The notes under the pieces were generated by a model. The model saw only the letters and a list, made by a program, of their open reading frames with translations, had not been told where the DNA came from and searched no databases. DNA of 63,099 nucleotides, counting the filler, from Choristocarpus tenellus KU-1152 (Eukaryota > Protista > Phaeophyceae), in assembly GCA_964200185.2 (NCBI GenBank). It is 12 parts of 12 records of this genome, joined end to end, with 100 filler letters (N's around TTAATTAATTAA, not from the genome) between each part and the next. Parts side by side here need not be neighbours in the genome. Positions count along the whole stretch, not along the records: positions 35,674 to 40,734 come from CAXNAD020011997.1; positions 40,835 to 49,799 come from CAXNAD020004158.1; 10 more parts are not named here. One strand, 5' to 3'. Each line of letters starts with the position of its first letter. Positions within the stretch are counted from its first letter, which is position 1. Shown one piece after another: positions 38,491-49,794 of this stretch. A program made the translations under genes and the position numbers.

Positions 38491-39662
38491 ATGGCTCCTC
38501 CAATGACATCACCCATACTGTTCCAGGATGCTCAGTGTGGAACAGTGGATTTTTCGACTGGGAAGGGGACAGTTGAGCACATGATCAAAGAAGTACAGAC
38601 TCATGATATCCTTGTCAGCTGCGGTGCAACGCAAACAGGCTCCATGGTTGTCGCCGAGGTGTGGTTGTGTTCGACGTTGCTGACCAACCTACAGAATCGT
38701 AGAGGTCTTGTACTGCCTCAACGTCAGTTTGATTCACTCCTGTCTCCTCTCTCTACGTCATTTAAGTACAATGGGCCTTACGTCTCTATGATACGCTGCC
38801 GCAATTTTATAGACACAGACGGAGACAGAGGAAGGAGGGGGGAGAGCACTGGCAGGTGTCCTATCCGGGTTCGACTGCTGGGACAACATACCATCAGACT
38901 TGATCACCTTCCTCCTAAAGGCGGGGGCAATGATAGAGGATGAACTCGATAAATCTGATGCTAGCCAGGCATGTAAGAGGCCTCACAGATCAAGTAGGAC
39001 ACTCTCAGCCAGAATGGATGGCATGTGTAGACTCATACCTAGCCCTTATTTCAAGCGCGTGTGTGAGGTGTAATGACAATATATTGTCAGCAATTCGAAC
39101 CTTATTTTTATCCCGGAAGTCAAACCACCTAACTCAGCATAACCTACATGGTAGGAAAAACACTTGATCAGAAAGTGCCTGTTAACTATAGATCACGAAC
39201 TTCCCATACGTAGCAATTGTCTGTAGCAATTTCTTCGTCTACAGTAACGAGGTTAAGTACAGGCATTCTGAAGCTGTAGGGCTTCAACAGTTGCAACATA
39301 CAAATCGGCAGTATGTGGCAAAGCAGTACGAGGAACATGCTAGAATGCAAATTGAAATGTGCTCTGGTCCCTTGCCAACTTCAAGCAATGACTATGACAT
39401 ACTCCAGAGTAGTGTGCTATTGGCATCGGTGAAATAATATATGTGATACGATCATCGTTACATTGTTTTGGTTATGGGCACTTCCTCGACATTGTGGATG
39501 GACATGGGACCTCCTTCAAATTGCAATGAGCAGGCGTTCCTCAGCTATGAGTTGCTGGAGGAGGATAGTGAAGATGAAGTTGTCCTCCGTTACATATTGA
39601 AGTGTGACCTGAGAGAGCTATTGCAGAGCAGGGGTGCAGAGGACGGAGGAACAAGAGTGGAG
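38491..39662 (+). CDS. WDR34: Cytoplasmic dynein-2 intermediate chain WDR34/DYNC2I2 (FAP133), 5' part (exons 38491-38658, 38813-38968, 39534-39662)
   Basis: Three QT light-chain-binding motifs (EVQT, ATQT, ETQT), then DLITFLLKAGAMIEDELDKSDASQ|AFLSYE, matching recalled WDR34 [29 protein letters not shown]. Intron 2 requires a GC donor. Confidence 0.75.
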
Positions 39663-39887
39663 GTGAGAGGTGACTATTCTCACGGCAGCAGTCGGCTATG
39701 CTTAGCTGGTTGAGGTGGGGTCCCACAATGCATTTCACCCATAGATCAACTTGAGATGACTCGGAGGAAAGTTGAAGAACGAACAATTAACTGTAGACTT
39801 TCGTGTATACATCCTTTTGAAGTCCATAATTGTATGTGCCTATGTGCCCTCCATGTGTATGTGGCTAACTCTACTCTGGCATGCAGT

Positions 39888-40151
39888 GACCCAAAGCATC
39901 CAAGAGGGTAAGAGTTTTGTCTTGCTTTTCTGTTCGGGGCTTGACATCTCACGGGTTTATTTATGCCCTTTTTTGGTTTTTCTGTGCGAACACAGTTACC
40001 TAAAATGTATACAACTATGAAAGGTGTGTCCGGAGCAAGGGATATGACACTTTCTCACAATAAACACAATAACCAAAATGAATCAAAATCGCAACATTGG
40101 ATTTTGGACCCCGAATAGACGTGCCCTTACCCTTCTTTAATGCTTTGACTC
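39888..40151 (-). mobile_element. MITE family A (A2) downstream of WDR34 exon 3 (presumably intronic)
   Basis: GACCCAAAGCATCCAAGAGGGTAAG...CTTACCCTTCTTTAATGCTTTGACTC; the body is the reverse complement of 8162/14880. Confidence 0.8.
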
Positions 40152-40682
40152 AGTCATTCACATGATCCACACCCTGATTAATAGAAAATAGTTGAGAAAA
40201 CTTGTTTTCAAGATCAAATTTCCATAGTTGAAAGATTGCCCGGGAAAAGAGGGGAGGCATGTCGAAAATAGTGACTCGAAATATTCGGACGCCACCCCTG
40301 GGCTTCCAAGCGGTCGCTATGGCGCACTCTGGGGGGTCCTTGTACACGCTGAGGAGTTCTATTTTAAGTCGGTCTTCGAGATATGCTCAGGCTAGACCAA
40401 GGCTAAGGTTTGCTACCACTCCACATACTGAACCAACCTCACTGCTTGGCAAGACGACCTGGTCAAGCTTTTGTCAGCTGATGTTCAGGAGGACAGTCGA
40501 CATAGTCTCTTCCCCCGAATCCCAGGCATAGGCCCTCTTCTCACAAGGCGTCTGATCGTTTGCCCATCATTTTTGTGCCGGTCATCAGGGCCTGCAAGTT
40601 ACTGGCGTGTCCTGGAGCGCCACAGGATCGATGATTTTTGCCGCATTTGGGAGGTTCGTACATTTACAAGACCAAAAGCCCC

Positions 40683-40713
<31 letters not shown>

Positions 40714-41550
40714 AAAAAAAAAAAAGTTTTCCGCNNNNNNNNNNNNNNNNNNNNNNNNNNNNNNNNNNNNNNNNNNNNTTAATTAATTAANNNNNNNNNN
40801 NNNNNNNNNNNNNNNNNNNNNNNNNNNNNNNNNNGATCTTAACATCGCACTGAGTTTCACACGGTACTTGTTTTTCCGGCCCCTCTCGACAGAGAAGGTG
40901 CCGAGGGTAGATCCAGAGGGCAGAGTGGCCTCGATGGCTCTCCTTGTCTCACGATCGTGGTTCATGTTGTTGTGTAAGTCACGTGGGTGTGCTCACAATT
41001 AGTCTGCAAAAAGCATTAAAAAGAGGAAAACTTGGGGGGCTTTTCTGCTTTTTTGTCGGTGGGCTGCACCATCCAAACTTGAGCAGCAACCTTTGCCGGA
41101 CCAGTTTTCTGTGAGGAGTTCAGCCAACCACTTCATTTTTGTCCGTTTTGAAGTTGTGACCTTCAAAATTGCGCCGGATTTTCACCGGTGTTTTATTCAT
41201 TATTTTATCGGGACATAGTTCCCGTTCACCGAAGTTTGTACATTGCTGCATACAAGTCTTCAAAAGGTCTTGTTGTAAGCTTTCATTTGATAGATATATT
41301 GTTGCATATATGTTGTGGCGATACAGTGAAAAAAAACAGAACTGCTGCAGACCGCGAACTTATTGGTACAACTTTAGCACTTTTGTGATGGATTTGAAAA
41401 TAAGAAACTATCGCCTTCCAAATTATATAACAGGTGTTGAATTAAGTGTAGATCAAAACTTGTGTATGTTACACAAACTTCTGAAAAAGCACATCTGAAA
41501 AAGCTCCCCTGTAAAGGATTAGTACTTCGCTAACGATACGAACAATTCCG

Positions 41551-44500
41551 ATGCCGGGAGGGCGGTGCGCTTTTTTCGCTGCACTGGTGTCTTTTCTTTG
41601 CTTGCGAGAACCATGGGGAGTCATGACGGCGACCCAGGAAGGCCTCTTGGTTGCCCCATTATACCAGAGAATGAAGTATGGAACTCCTCAAGAAATGAGG
41701 ATAACAAGTGAGGTGTTGACCTCATATTTCTACTTTAGAATCCACTGTCGGATTTGTATTCCCTCTAGGTCGTATTCTGGTTGGGGTCGACATGATCTTC
41801 ATATTTCATGTTTTGCACGAATGAGTTGAATTTCTCCGAGGGTGCTCATGTGCAAAAGCTCCATTATTATTTTCCTCCTGTAGAGTTCAGTACCAGGCTT
41901 TTCCCAATATTCTCTGTAGACACGCGCTTTAGAACCCCGGCAATTCGTAATCTCAACTGAGGAGAGCTACTCTAATTTCGCTTCTATACGTCGAATGTGG
42001 GTCGCTTCGACCCTTGTACAGATTCCAGGGCTTAACGTGACCCACATGACCTCGTTTCGCACGTGCGGTGAAGCCCCTCTACCCAAGTCCCCCCATCTCG
42101 CAGCCACACCACAACCACCCCACACCATCTGGGCAAGCCATTTTTTTGTGTCTCTACGTCCGCCCCTTGCCCAAAGGCTACGACGGCGTTCATGTGGGAC
42201 GTGATTTGGGGTATCCATGTCGATTGACAAGATGGTGTGCGCTTCGGGGAGGTGGAGGTGGAAGGACCGCTGGCAAGGGTGCGTCACTTTTCATTCCTCC
42301 ACAAGGAGCAAGGGGTCGCGCTGCAATGGAGCAGCCATTGGGGCCAATATCTAGGGGAAGTGGGGGGGAAGTCCGTCGCCAAGACCAGGGAGAGGGGGAT
42401 GGGGAAGAGCAAAAGTTTGCGGAGTCGTTCTTGGATTTTGAGTCTCGTGTAAGTTTCATCAGAAAGGTGCGAGATCGTGGCATGTTGGCTATGGAGTCAA
42501 ATGTGACTGGTTCCGATCCACGCTTGCCTGCTGCTATTGTACTGTGCAAAGAGTTGCTTCCTATTGTTGTGTCGCATGATACAACAAACGTCCTAGGCAT
42601 ACATCAATTCTGCAGAGTTTTTGGGGCCCTCCCACTGCCAATTTCAAATCCGTACTGTGCCCCACGTACTCCGATATTTGTGTAAGCCTAGGTACTCTGA
42701 CATTTCATGGCGAATGGTTGCCAACACAGGTACTCCGATATTTGTACTGTTTCATCCTAGGGGAAGCCAGAGGCATACCACACTCTGGAGTTTGAAATGT
42801 GCCCAGCATCTACATTGAGTCGCATTACGGCTAACCTTCCTTCCTAGCGCTATGATAGGAAGGTGGTGAACAAAGTAGCAGTGGAGAAGTGTCACAGATG
42901 TCTTCTCATGACCCACTTTTACTATTTGGAAAATGTTCCTACTTAATTCAAGTTTACAATTGTTGTGATGGCAACAGGTATACCTCACGCTTTTTGTGCA
43001 GCTCCTCTGCACGACAGGAATCTGCGCTGGCCTACGACCATTTCAGAGTCAGATCCTCAGTGCGGTCAACCGTAGCCGGTGGACTATGGGGGCATTTTTT
43101 ATCCTGAGCATTGTCGGGACTATTGTTCCCCCTGTGTACCTGGCTAAAAACAAAGAGGTACTTTGACAACAAAGCTTTACTATGACAAAATTTAGTGTGG
43201 TAGTTACAATCCTAAGAATTGCCACCACTATCACACTGCTGGGTGTACCTGGCTAACAACAAAGAGGTAGTTTGACAACAAAGCTTTACTATGACAAAAT
43301 TTAGTGTGGTAGTTACAATCCTGAGCATTGCCACCACTATCACACTGCTGGGTGTACCTCAACAATAACGAAGAGATGCAACAAGACTTGAGGTAATGAG
43401 GTGAATGCTATTTCCGAAACAGGTTGTAAGGTTGTAAGATCTTGAGCATTCACCTCTATCGGACCGCTAGTAACCCTAACCCTAACCCTAACCCTAACCC
43501 TAACCCAAGTCCATTGTAAGTTCTAGTCATCTAAGGTTGGTTATTTTGTTGATAATTATCGTCCTGTGTTTCCTACCTTTCCAATGCTGAAGCCTAAGCC
43601 TGTCATTCCCTGCTTCTCTGCACCCCCCACCCAGTCTTCTGATGATGCATTTCTTGACCCCCTTTCCCTTCACCATCCCATTGCCACTTTTCATGGGACA
43701 TTGTAAACTGAATCTTGGACCTAAAACCTGCCCCCAGTCCCTTTGTTGTGTATTGCATTGACTCTGCCCATACATGTTGTATGCCCCTCTTAAGTGCATC
43801 ACATCCACCAAAGTCTTTTGACAGATTTAAGACGATTCTTGAGGGATAAGCAATGCCTTCCCAAAGACCTGCTACTCCCTTTTTTGGTAGGCGTTATTTT
43901 GATGCATTTGCGATACTCACACCTGACCTTGCCATGAATAGCATGCTTAGGGAGGTCTCCGCCACATGAATAGCACACGAGTAGCACATGCCGCACATCC
44001 CTGGTTTCGCTAGCATGTACCCCTTTCCAAAACCTACAACAATTAAACAACAATTCCAAAAACCTACAACAAAAACCACCTGGCAAAGGCATCAAAAAGG
44101 TATCAATTAAAGATACTAACATATATATATATGTGTATATATTACACCAATAATAAAAAAAGGTATAATATTGTTGGTGCGGTGTTCAGATCTCATGGGT
44201 TGTGCCTTCCCATCCGCTGCATGCCTATGAATACTATTTATGTATACTTACATACACATAATATATATGTGTATGTATTTGCACATAATTGTACAGGTCC
44301 GCCAGAATTTTCCGCAGAACCTTCCGATGCTCTTGCTGTTCACTATATCCTGGGCGCTGTATGCGGGATACTTCTCTCTCTTGTTTGAGGGAGATAGCGT
44401 GGTCGCTGCAGGTTTTCAGACACTAGCTGTCGTAGGTAAGAACAAACCCATGCATGCATAGATACATCATAGATGTGTACTTGAGCATTGCTGTTGTGAT

Positions 44501-47500
44501 TCATGCAGAGACTCAGAGAGGCAAACAATTTCTACGCCTGATGTGTTTTTTGTTTTTTTTACCACCAGAGTAAAAAAAAACCAACGGCTAAGAACATACT
44601 TTCATTATTTCTTCACTTTATATGTTACATCATTATATGATGGTGGTAGACCATTGCATTGTGGTGTTCATGGTGGATGCATTATGTCTCATTCTCAGCA
44701 TTTCGTGGTAAATCAGATGTTTTACAGCGACTGTCTGGAGGACAGATACCCCCCCCCTTTATCAATTTTGAATCATACACATAGAGACGAGAAAAAAAAA
44801 GGACTCGAATCTATTCTCTTTTTTTTATTGATAAAATTATTCTTATTTTTGCCTTCGGCCATCAGAACAAAAAATAATTCTTCTTCAGAACCATTATCAA
44901 CATTTTTTGTTGTTACTGCCACCAACCATTCAGAACTGATTTTTTTTTTGAAAATTTTCAATTTAATGGTCACTGGGCAAAAAGACGAAATAAGATGGAG
45001 AGTGCAAAAGACGATAATCGTATCCGGTCAACACCTGAGAGAGAGAGAGATGCATACGTCTATATGAACGACAGTCATGTGACCTTGTCAGAATTTTTGC
45101 CGATCAAATAATACCCCTTGCTGAGGCTTTTTTTTTGTCCCACCCGTTTCCCAAGAGGTGAATCTTGGATGTCAAATAGTGCTTTTTTTTATCTCCGGTA
45201 CCCTCTAACCCTCTAACAGCTGTTTTGTTTTTTTTAGTGAAGGAAGACTCTTCGATGTAACTGTATTTGTAAAATTGTAACTGTATTTGTAAAATTGAAC
45301 CAATGCAATGCACTCACCCTACATAACGAATTACCTCCCTTGACCCCTCTCAATGTGTATGTACATTTGTATGTGTATATGTGCATTTTATATATATGTA
45401 TATTGTATGTGTATGTACATTTGTATGTATATGTATGCTTCACTCAGGTGCTCTCACTGTATACGCCTTCCGAACAAACCCCAAGCACGAGCTCACGGCT
45501 CTGGGTTCGTCGCTCTTTGCCGGGCTCAACGCTCTCTCCTTTGTGATCCTGCTGAAGCTATTATTCTTCAGGAATGCCCCTGTGCTAGACATCTTGCTTC
45601 CTAGTGGATGTGCCTTGCTCTTCTCCCTGTACATCGTCTACGATACCTACCAGTAAGTTGAAAGTGGAGGGGTGACTCAAATTGTCTAAATAACGTTTCC
45701 TCTTGTGGTGCAGTAAAAACTCTTTCTACTCTTTCTAACCCCAAGTTTTATACTATATTAATTAGCATATGCTATTTAATCGTGTGGAACTTGATACTAT
45801 TAGGTGGTACCAAAGATTGTCACTGAGGGATAATAGTTGTTTTAGCTCCAGAGCTCTATTTTTGACTCCAGAGCTCTTTGCTTCATTGAGGTTGTTTTGT
45901 TTTCAAAATATGTGTGAATATGTGAAACTGTAGATAACCTTTTTTCTCTCTTTTTGAGGGGAAACGGTCGAATACATGAAACTGTAGTTCAACAGCATTA
46001 TATTATATATATGAAACTGTAGTTCAACAACATTATATTATATACATTAAACTGTAGTTCAACAACATTATATTATATATATGAAACTATAGTTCAACAG
46101 CATTATATTATATACATTAAACTGTAGTTCAACAGCATTTTATTATATACATTAAACTGTAGTTCAACAGCATTTTATTATATACATTAAACTGTAGTTC
46201 AACAACATTATATTATATATATGAAACTATAGTTCAACAGCATTATATTATATACATTAAACTGTAGTTCAACAGCATTTTATTATATACATTAAACTGT
46301 AGTTCAACAGTATTATATTATATACATTAAACTGTAGTTCAACAGCATTATATTATATACATGAAACTGTAGTTCAACAGCATTATATTATATACATGAA
46401 ACTGTAGTTCAACAGCATTTTATTATATACATTAAACTGTAGTTCAACAGTATTATATTATATACATGAAACTGTAGTTCAACAACATTATATTATATAC
46501 ATTAAACTGTAGTTCAACAACATTATATTATATATATGAAACTATAGTTCAACAACATTATATTATATACATTAAACTGTAGTTCAACATTATATTATAT
46601 ACATGAAGCTGTAGTTCAACAACATTATATTATGTATATGAAACTGTAGTTCAACAACATTATATTATATACATGAAACTGTAGTTCAACAACATTATAT
46701 TATATATATGAAACTGTAGTTCAACAACATTATATATATATGAAACTGTAGTTCAACATTATATTATATACATTAAACTATAGTTCAACAACATTATATT
46801 ATATACATTAAACTGTAGTTCAACAACATTATATTATGTATATGAAACTGTAGTTCCTGGTTGTGAAACGACACCTCGGATAGTGTCTCAATAGGTAGTT
46901 CAACAACATTTTGGAAGGGGCAGGTAAGGTGTTCCAAATGCACATGTAAAACATGTAATATGTATGTAAAAAATGAAAAAAACACAAGGAAATTGCATGC
47001 CATGGCTCTGTGTTTTTTAATCATAGTTCCTGCAAGACTGACCTTTGCTGTCATTGTAACTCTGGTAACTCCTATTCTCAGTGAGTACTTAAGTTACAAG
47101 TTGTTAAACAGAATAAAGTTGGTCTTTTTTTTTATAACTACTGTGGTTCACATAGAGGTCTCTGCCCTGCAATGTTTTGACTTGACTCTGTAACACACTC
47201 TAAACATGTTGTGCACAAACACACACACACACACACACACACTCCTCCGGTCCTGCTTTCGTGTAGGGATGTGTAGACGCTTAGGGTTAGGGTTAGGGTT
47301 TATTATATACATGTGTGCTTGGATATGAGTAGGTTGGCCTATGTCACTCTGTTTTGGGGGCCAAATAGCTATCATGCCAACCCTCGCTTGAAAAGGGGCA
47401 GATGAGACGGCTGAAGATATACAATACTTGTACAAGAAGCGATGTTTGGTGAAAGTAAAGAGTTGATGTCATTAACTGTTGGAAGTAGTATCTACGTGTG

Positions 47501-47860
47501 TGACTTGGGAGGATGAGGGGTTGAGGGGTATTAGAACCCAAACAGAAGTTGAGTAGGTTGTTTGGAGCAAAATTCGAAAATAATATTAATAATAATAATA
47601 ATAAATAAACAACATAATACAATGTTTGAGGGTAAGTCCTTGGAGCAAGATTCGATGCTCAGCTACTGAAGAGATGGGCTAATATACAGTATACACTATG
47701 TAGTACCACTGTCAAACCATCTCGCTGTACTTGTACATGTGATTGCTCTTGCTCCTCTTTTGTGTCCAGGATAATTGGTGGAAAGCACCGTAACAGGGAC
47801 CAGCTCAGTACAAAGGACTGGGCGTTGGGGGCGATGGCACTGTACACTGACATGATTCAG
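41551..47860 (+). CDS. Bax inhibitor-1/TMBIM (lifeguard-type) membrane protein; exons 41551-41712?, 42022-42067?, 42177-42466, 42978-43157, 44297-44435, 45448-45652, 47770-47860; last exon missing
   Basis: RVSFIRK|VYLTLFVQL; RQNFPQNLPMLLLFT; LTVYAF; ALLFSLYIVYDTYQIIGGKH; DWALGAMALYTDMIQ. These are the BI-1 family signatures (FIRKVY, YDTQ, ALxLYxD). Intron phases are consistent. The first two exons are tentative. Confidence 0.88.
43134..43359. repeat. 109-bp tandem duplication covering an exon/intron junction
   Basis: GTGTACCT recurs at 43134, 43243 and 43352; the two units are nearly identical. Confidence 0.9.
43471..43506. repeat. Interstitial telomeric repeat (TAACCC)6
   Basis: Six perfect units inside a BI-1 intron. 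Confidence 0.92.
45972..46856. repeat. 35-bp minisatellite, ~25 units, intronic
   Basis: Consensus ATAYATKAAACTRTAGTTCAACARCATTWTATTAT, head-to-tail with no unique spacers. Confidence 0.97.
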
Positions 47861-48805
47861 GTAAAGGTACCACTGATACTGTGCCAGAACAGTACCACTA
47901 CAGCTGGAATAACACAGGAATAACTGGAGGACTTTTCACTGGACTGTGGATTGATCCTGTTGAAACATATTTTGCCAGACCAGGGCCCGTGATCAGCCCT
48001 GTCAAAATCCGCCACAGCCCCGGACCAATCCTGTTTGGCATATCTGTCCCCTGAACCAGCCCTTGTCAGAAACGTTTTGAACATGATGCTGACCTGGGGA
48101 ATTCCTGACTCACTGCTTAGTTTGATGTTAAAGCAAGTGTCCTCTCAGCTCAGTGGCTGAATCTTCCAATGCCAGTGCCCCTAGAAAGGTATACACAGGT
48201 TCAAACTTGTATACCTTTTATATGTCAACACATTGTCTTCTCAAGTGAAATCTGGTTTTCGATGAACCAACCGAATAGCAAACACTACATATACACTATA
48301 CACTACATGTACACTATACACTACATGTAGGGCATTGTAGAAATGCTTCAACAGGGCAATGGAAAAATCTTCCGAGTTGGCTAGTTGGCTCTGAAACTCC
48401 TATGTTACAGCATGAAGCCGTTGTTTAGTGATGGTAAGGATTGGTGAATTGCTCTGTCGAGCGATGTAGCATTGTGAAGTTGTGATGCTCTGGTTGTCGC
48501 TGAGAGTGGCACAGGTGGTGAGATGTAGAGACTTCTTCTGTTGAATGAGATTAGATGCCCATCCTCGTTCACATGTGTTCGATGAGGAGAGGTGGACTAC
48601 TTCATAACCAAGTTCTTTCCACAGACCATGTGATCATCTTTCACTTTGACACCATCTCCTGTAAATCTCTTGACACACATGGCAATATTGTATTTTCACT
48701 CTCTGATTTATCTCTGGTGACTATCCTATAAAAAAGAGTAAAAGGTTTCCATCATGAATTTTCAACTGTGAAAATGTTGATACCGCGTGGTAATTTTCTA
48801 AAATT

Positions 48806-49063
48806 GAGCCAAAGTATCTTAGAGGGTAGAGCCGTGACCATTTGGAGCCAAAATCTAATGTTGCGATTTTGATGGAATTTTGGCTATCGTGCTTGTTAGG
48901 AAATGTCAATATCCATGTTATGGACACACCTTTTCATAATGTATACATTTTACCTACTGCAAAACATTTTGGAGTAGGAAAATGTCATAAAAAAACCCAC
49001 GGGAAGCCAAGCCCCAAATGGACAAACAGGGCAAAATTCCTACCCTCTAAGATACTTTCACTC
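48806..49063 (+). mobile_element. MITE family A (A1), best-preserved copy, TSD AATT
   Basis: 24-bp TIR with 2 mismatches (GAGCCAAAGTATCTTAGAGGGTAG / GAGTGAAAGTATCTTAGAGGGTAG); AATT at 48802-48805 and 49064-49067. Confidence 0.92.
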
Positions 49064-49737
49064 AATTGGATTTATTTTTTAGCAGTCAGAAGCACCAAAC
49101 CGATTTGTTAGGGTTAACCCTAACCCTAAGGGAATGTAGATTCTCGTCAGTTCTAACTTGTCCGTGTAGGTTTTGTTCATTGACAGACCATCATCAAGGA
49201 TATCCTTCGTAACTCTTCCAGTTTTTCACTAGAAACGTTAAAACATGAAATAGTCTATGATGTGCATGTGAAAAGTAGTTGGTTTGTATTCTCATTCTTG
49301 ATTTGGCATCAAAAACACTACCTACGAGGAGGTCAGCATTCAAGCTATGCTTGCAGTGCAGTCTAGTTGCCACTGTGATATGTATGATCAAGCAAGAAAA
49401 CCTTATGGCACATGCTGAACTGCTTACTTCGTTCAATATAATAACATCATTTATCACTTTGCCACCACTCACCGTTTTGGGGGGGGAGGGAGAAATCCGG
49501 AATTTCTGGATTATTCAGCACTCCGGTCGTAAAACATCCCCTACTATAATACCTGGTGGTATAGTTGCCATATCCAGCCACCAGTTGGGCTCATACTATC
49601 CTAGAGGGGGACATCAGGCGTCCATATGGGGCCTGTGAACCTGTAGTGATTTCACGCCATCTGAGTGAACGTGTCAGATGTCCGATGTAACGATTATTTC
49701 CTTCATCTAAACGCACCTTCCTTTTCCGCACATACAT

Positions 49738-49794
<57 letters not shown>

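Noticed and set aside
40835-40965. Truncated ORF MNHDRETRRAIEATLP…
   Set aside because: Only 43 codons before the contig edge; cannot be assigned.
45972-46856. CRISPR array
   Set aside because: Units are head-to-tail with no unique spacers, there are no cas genes, and it sits in a eukaryotic intron.
48721-49111. Recurrent ORFs (…LTFPNKHDSQN…) also at 31138, 21378 and 8031
   Set aside because: These are translations of MITE family A, too short for a transposase and without catalytic motifs.
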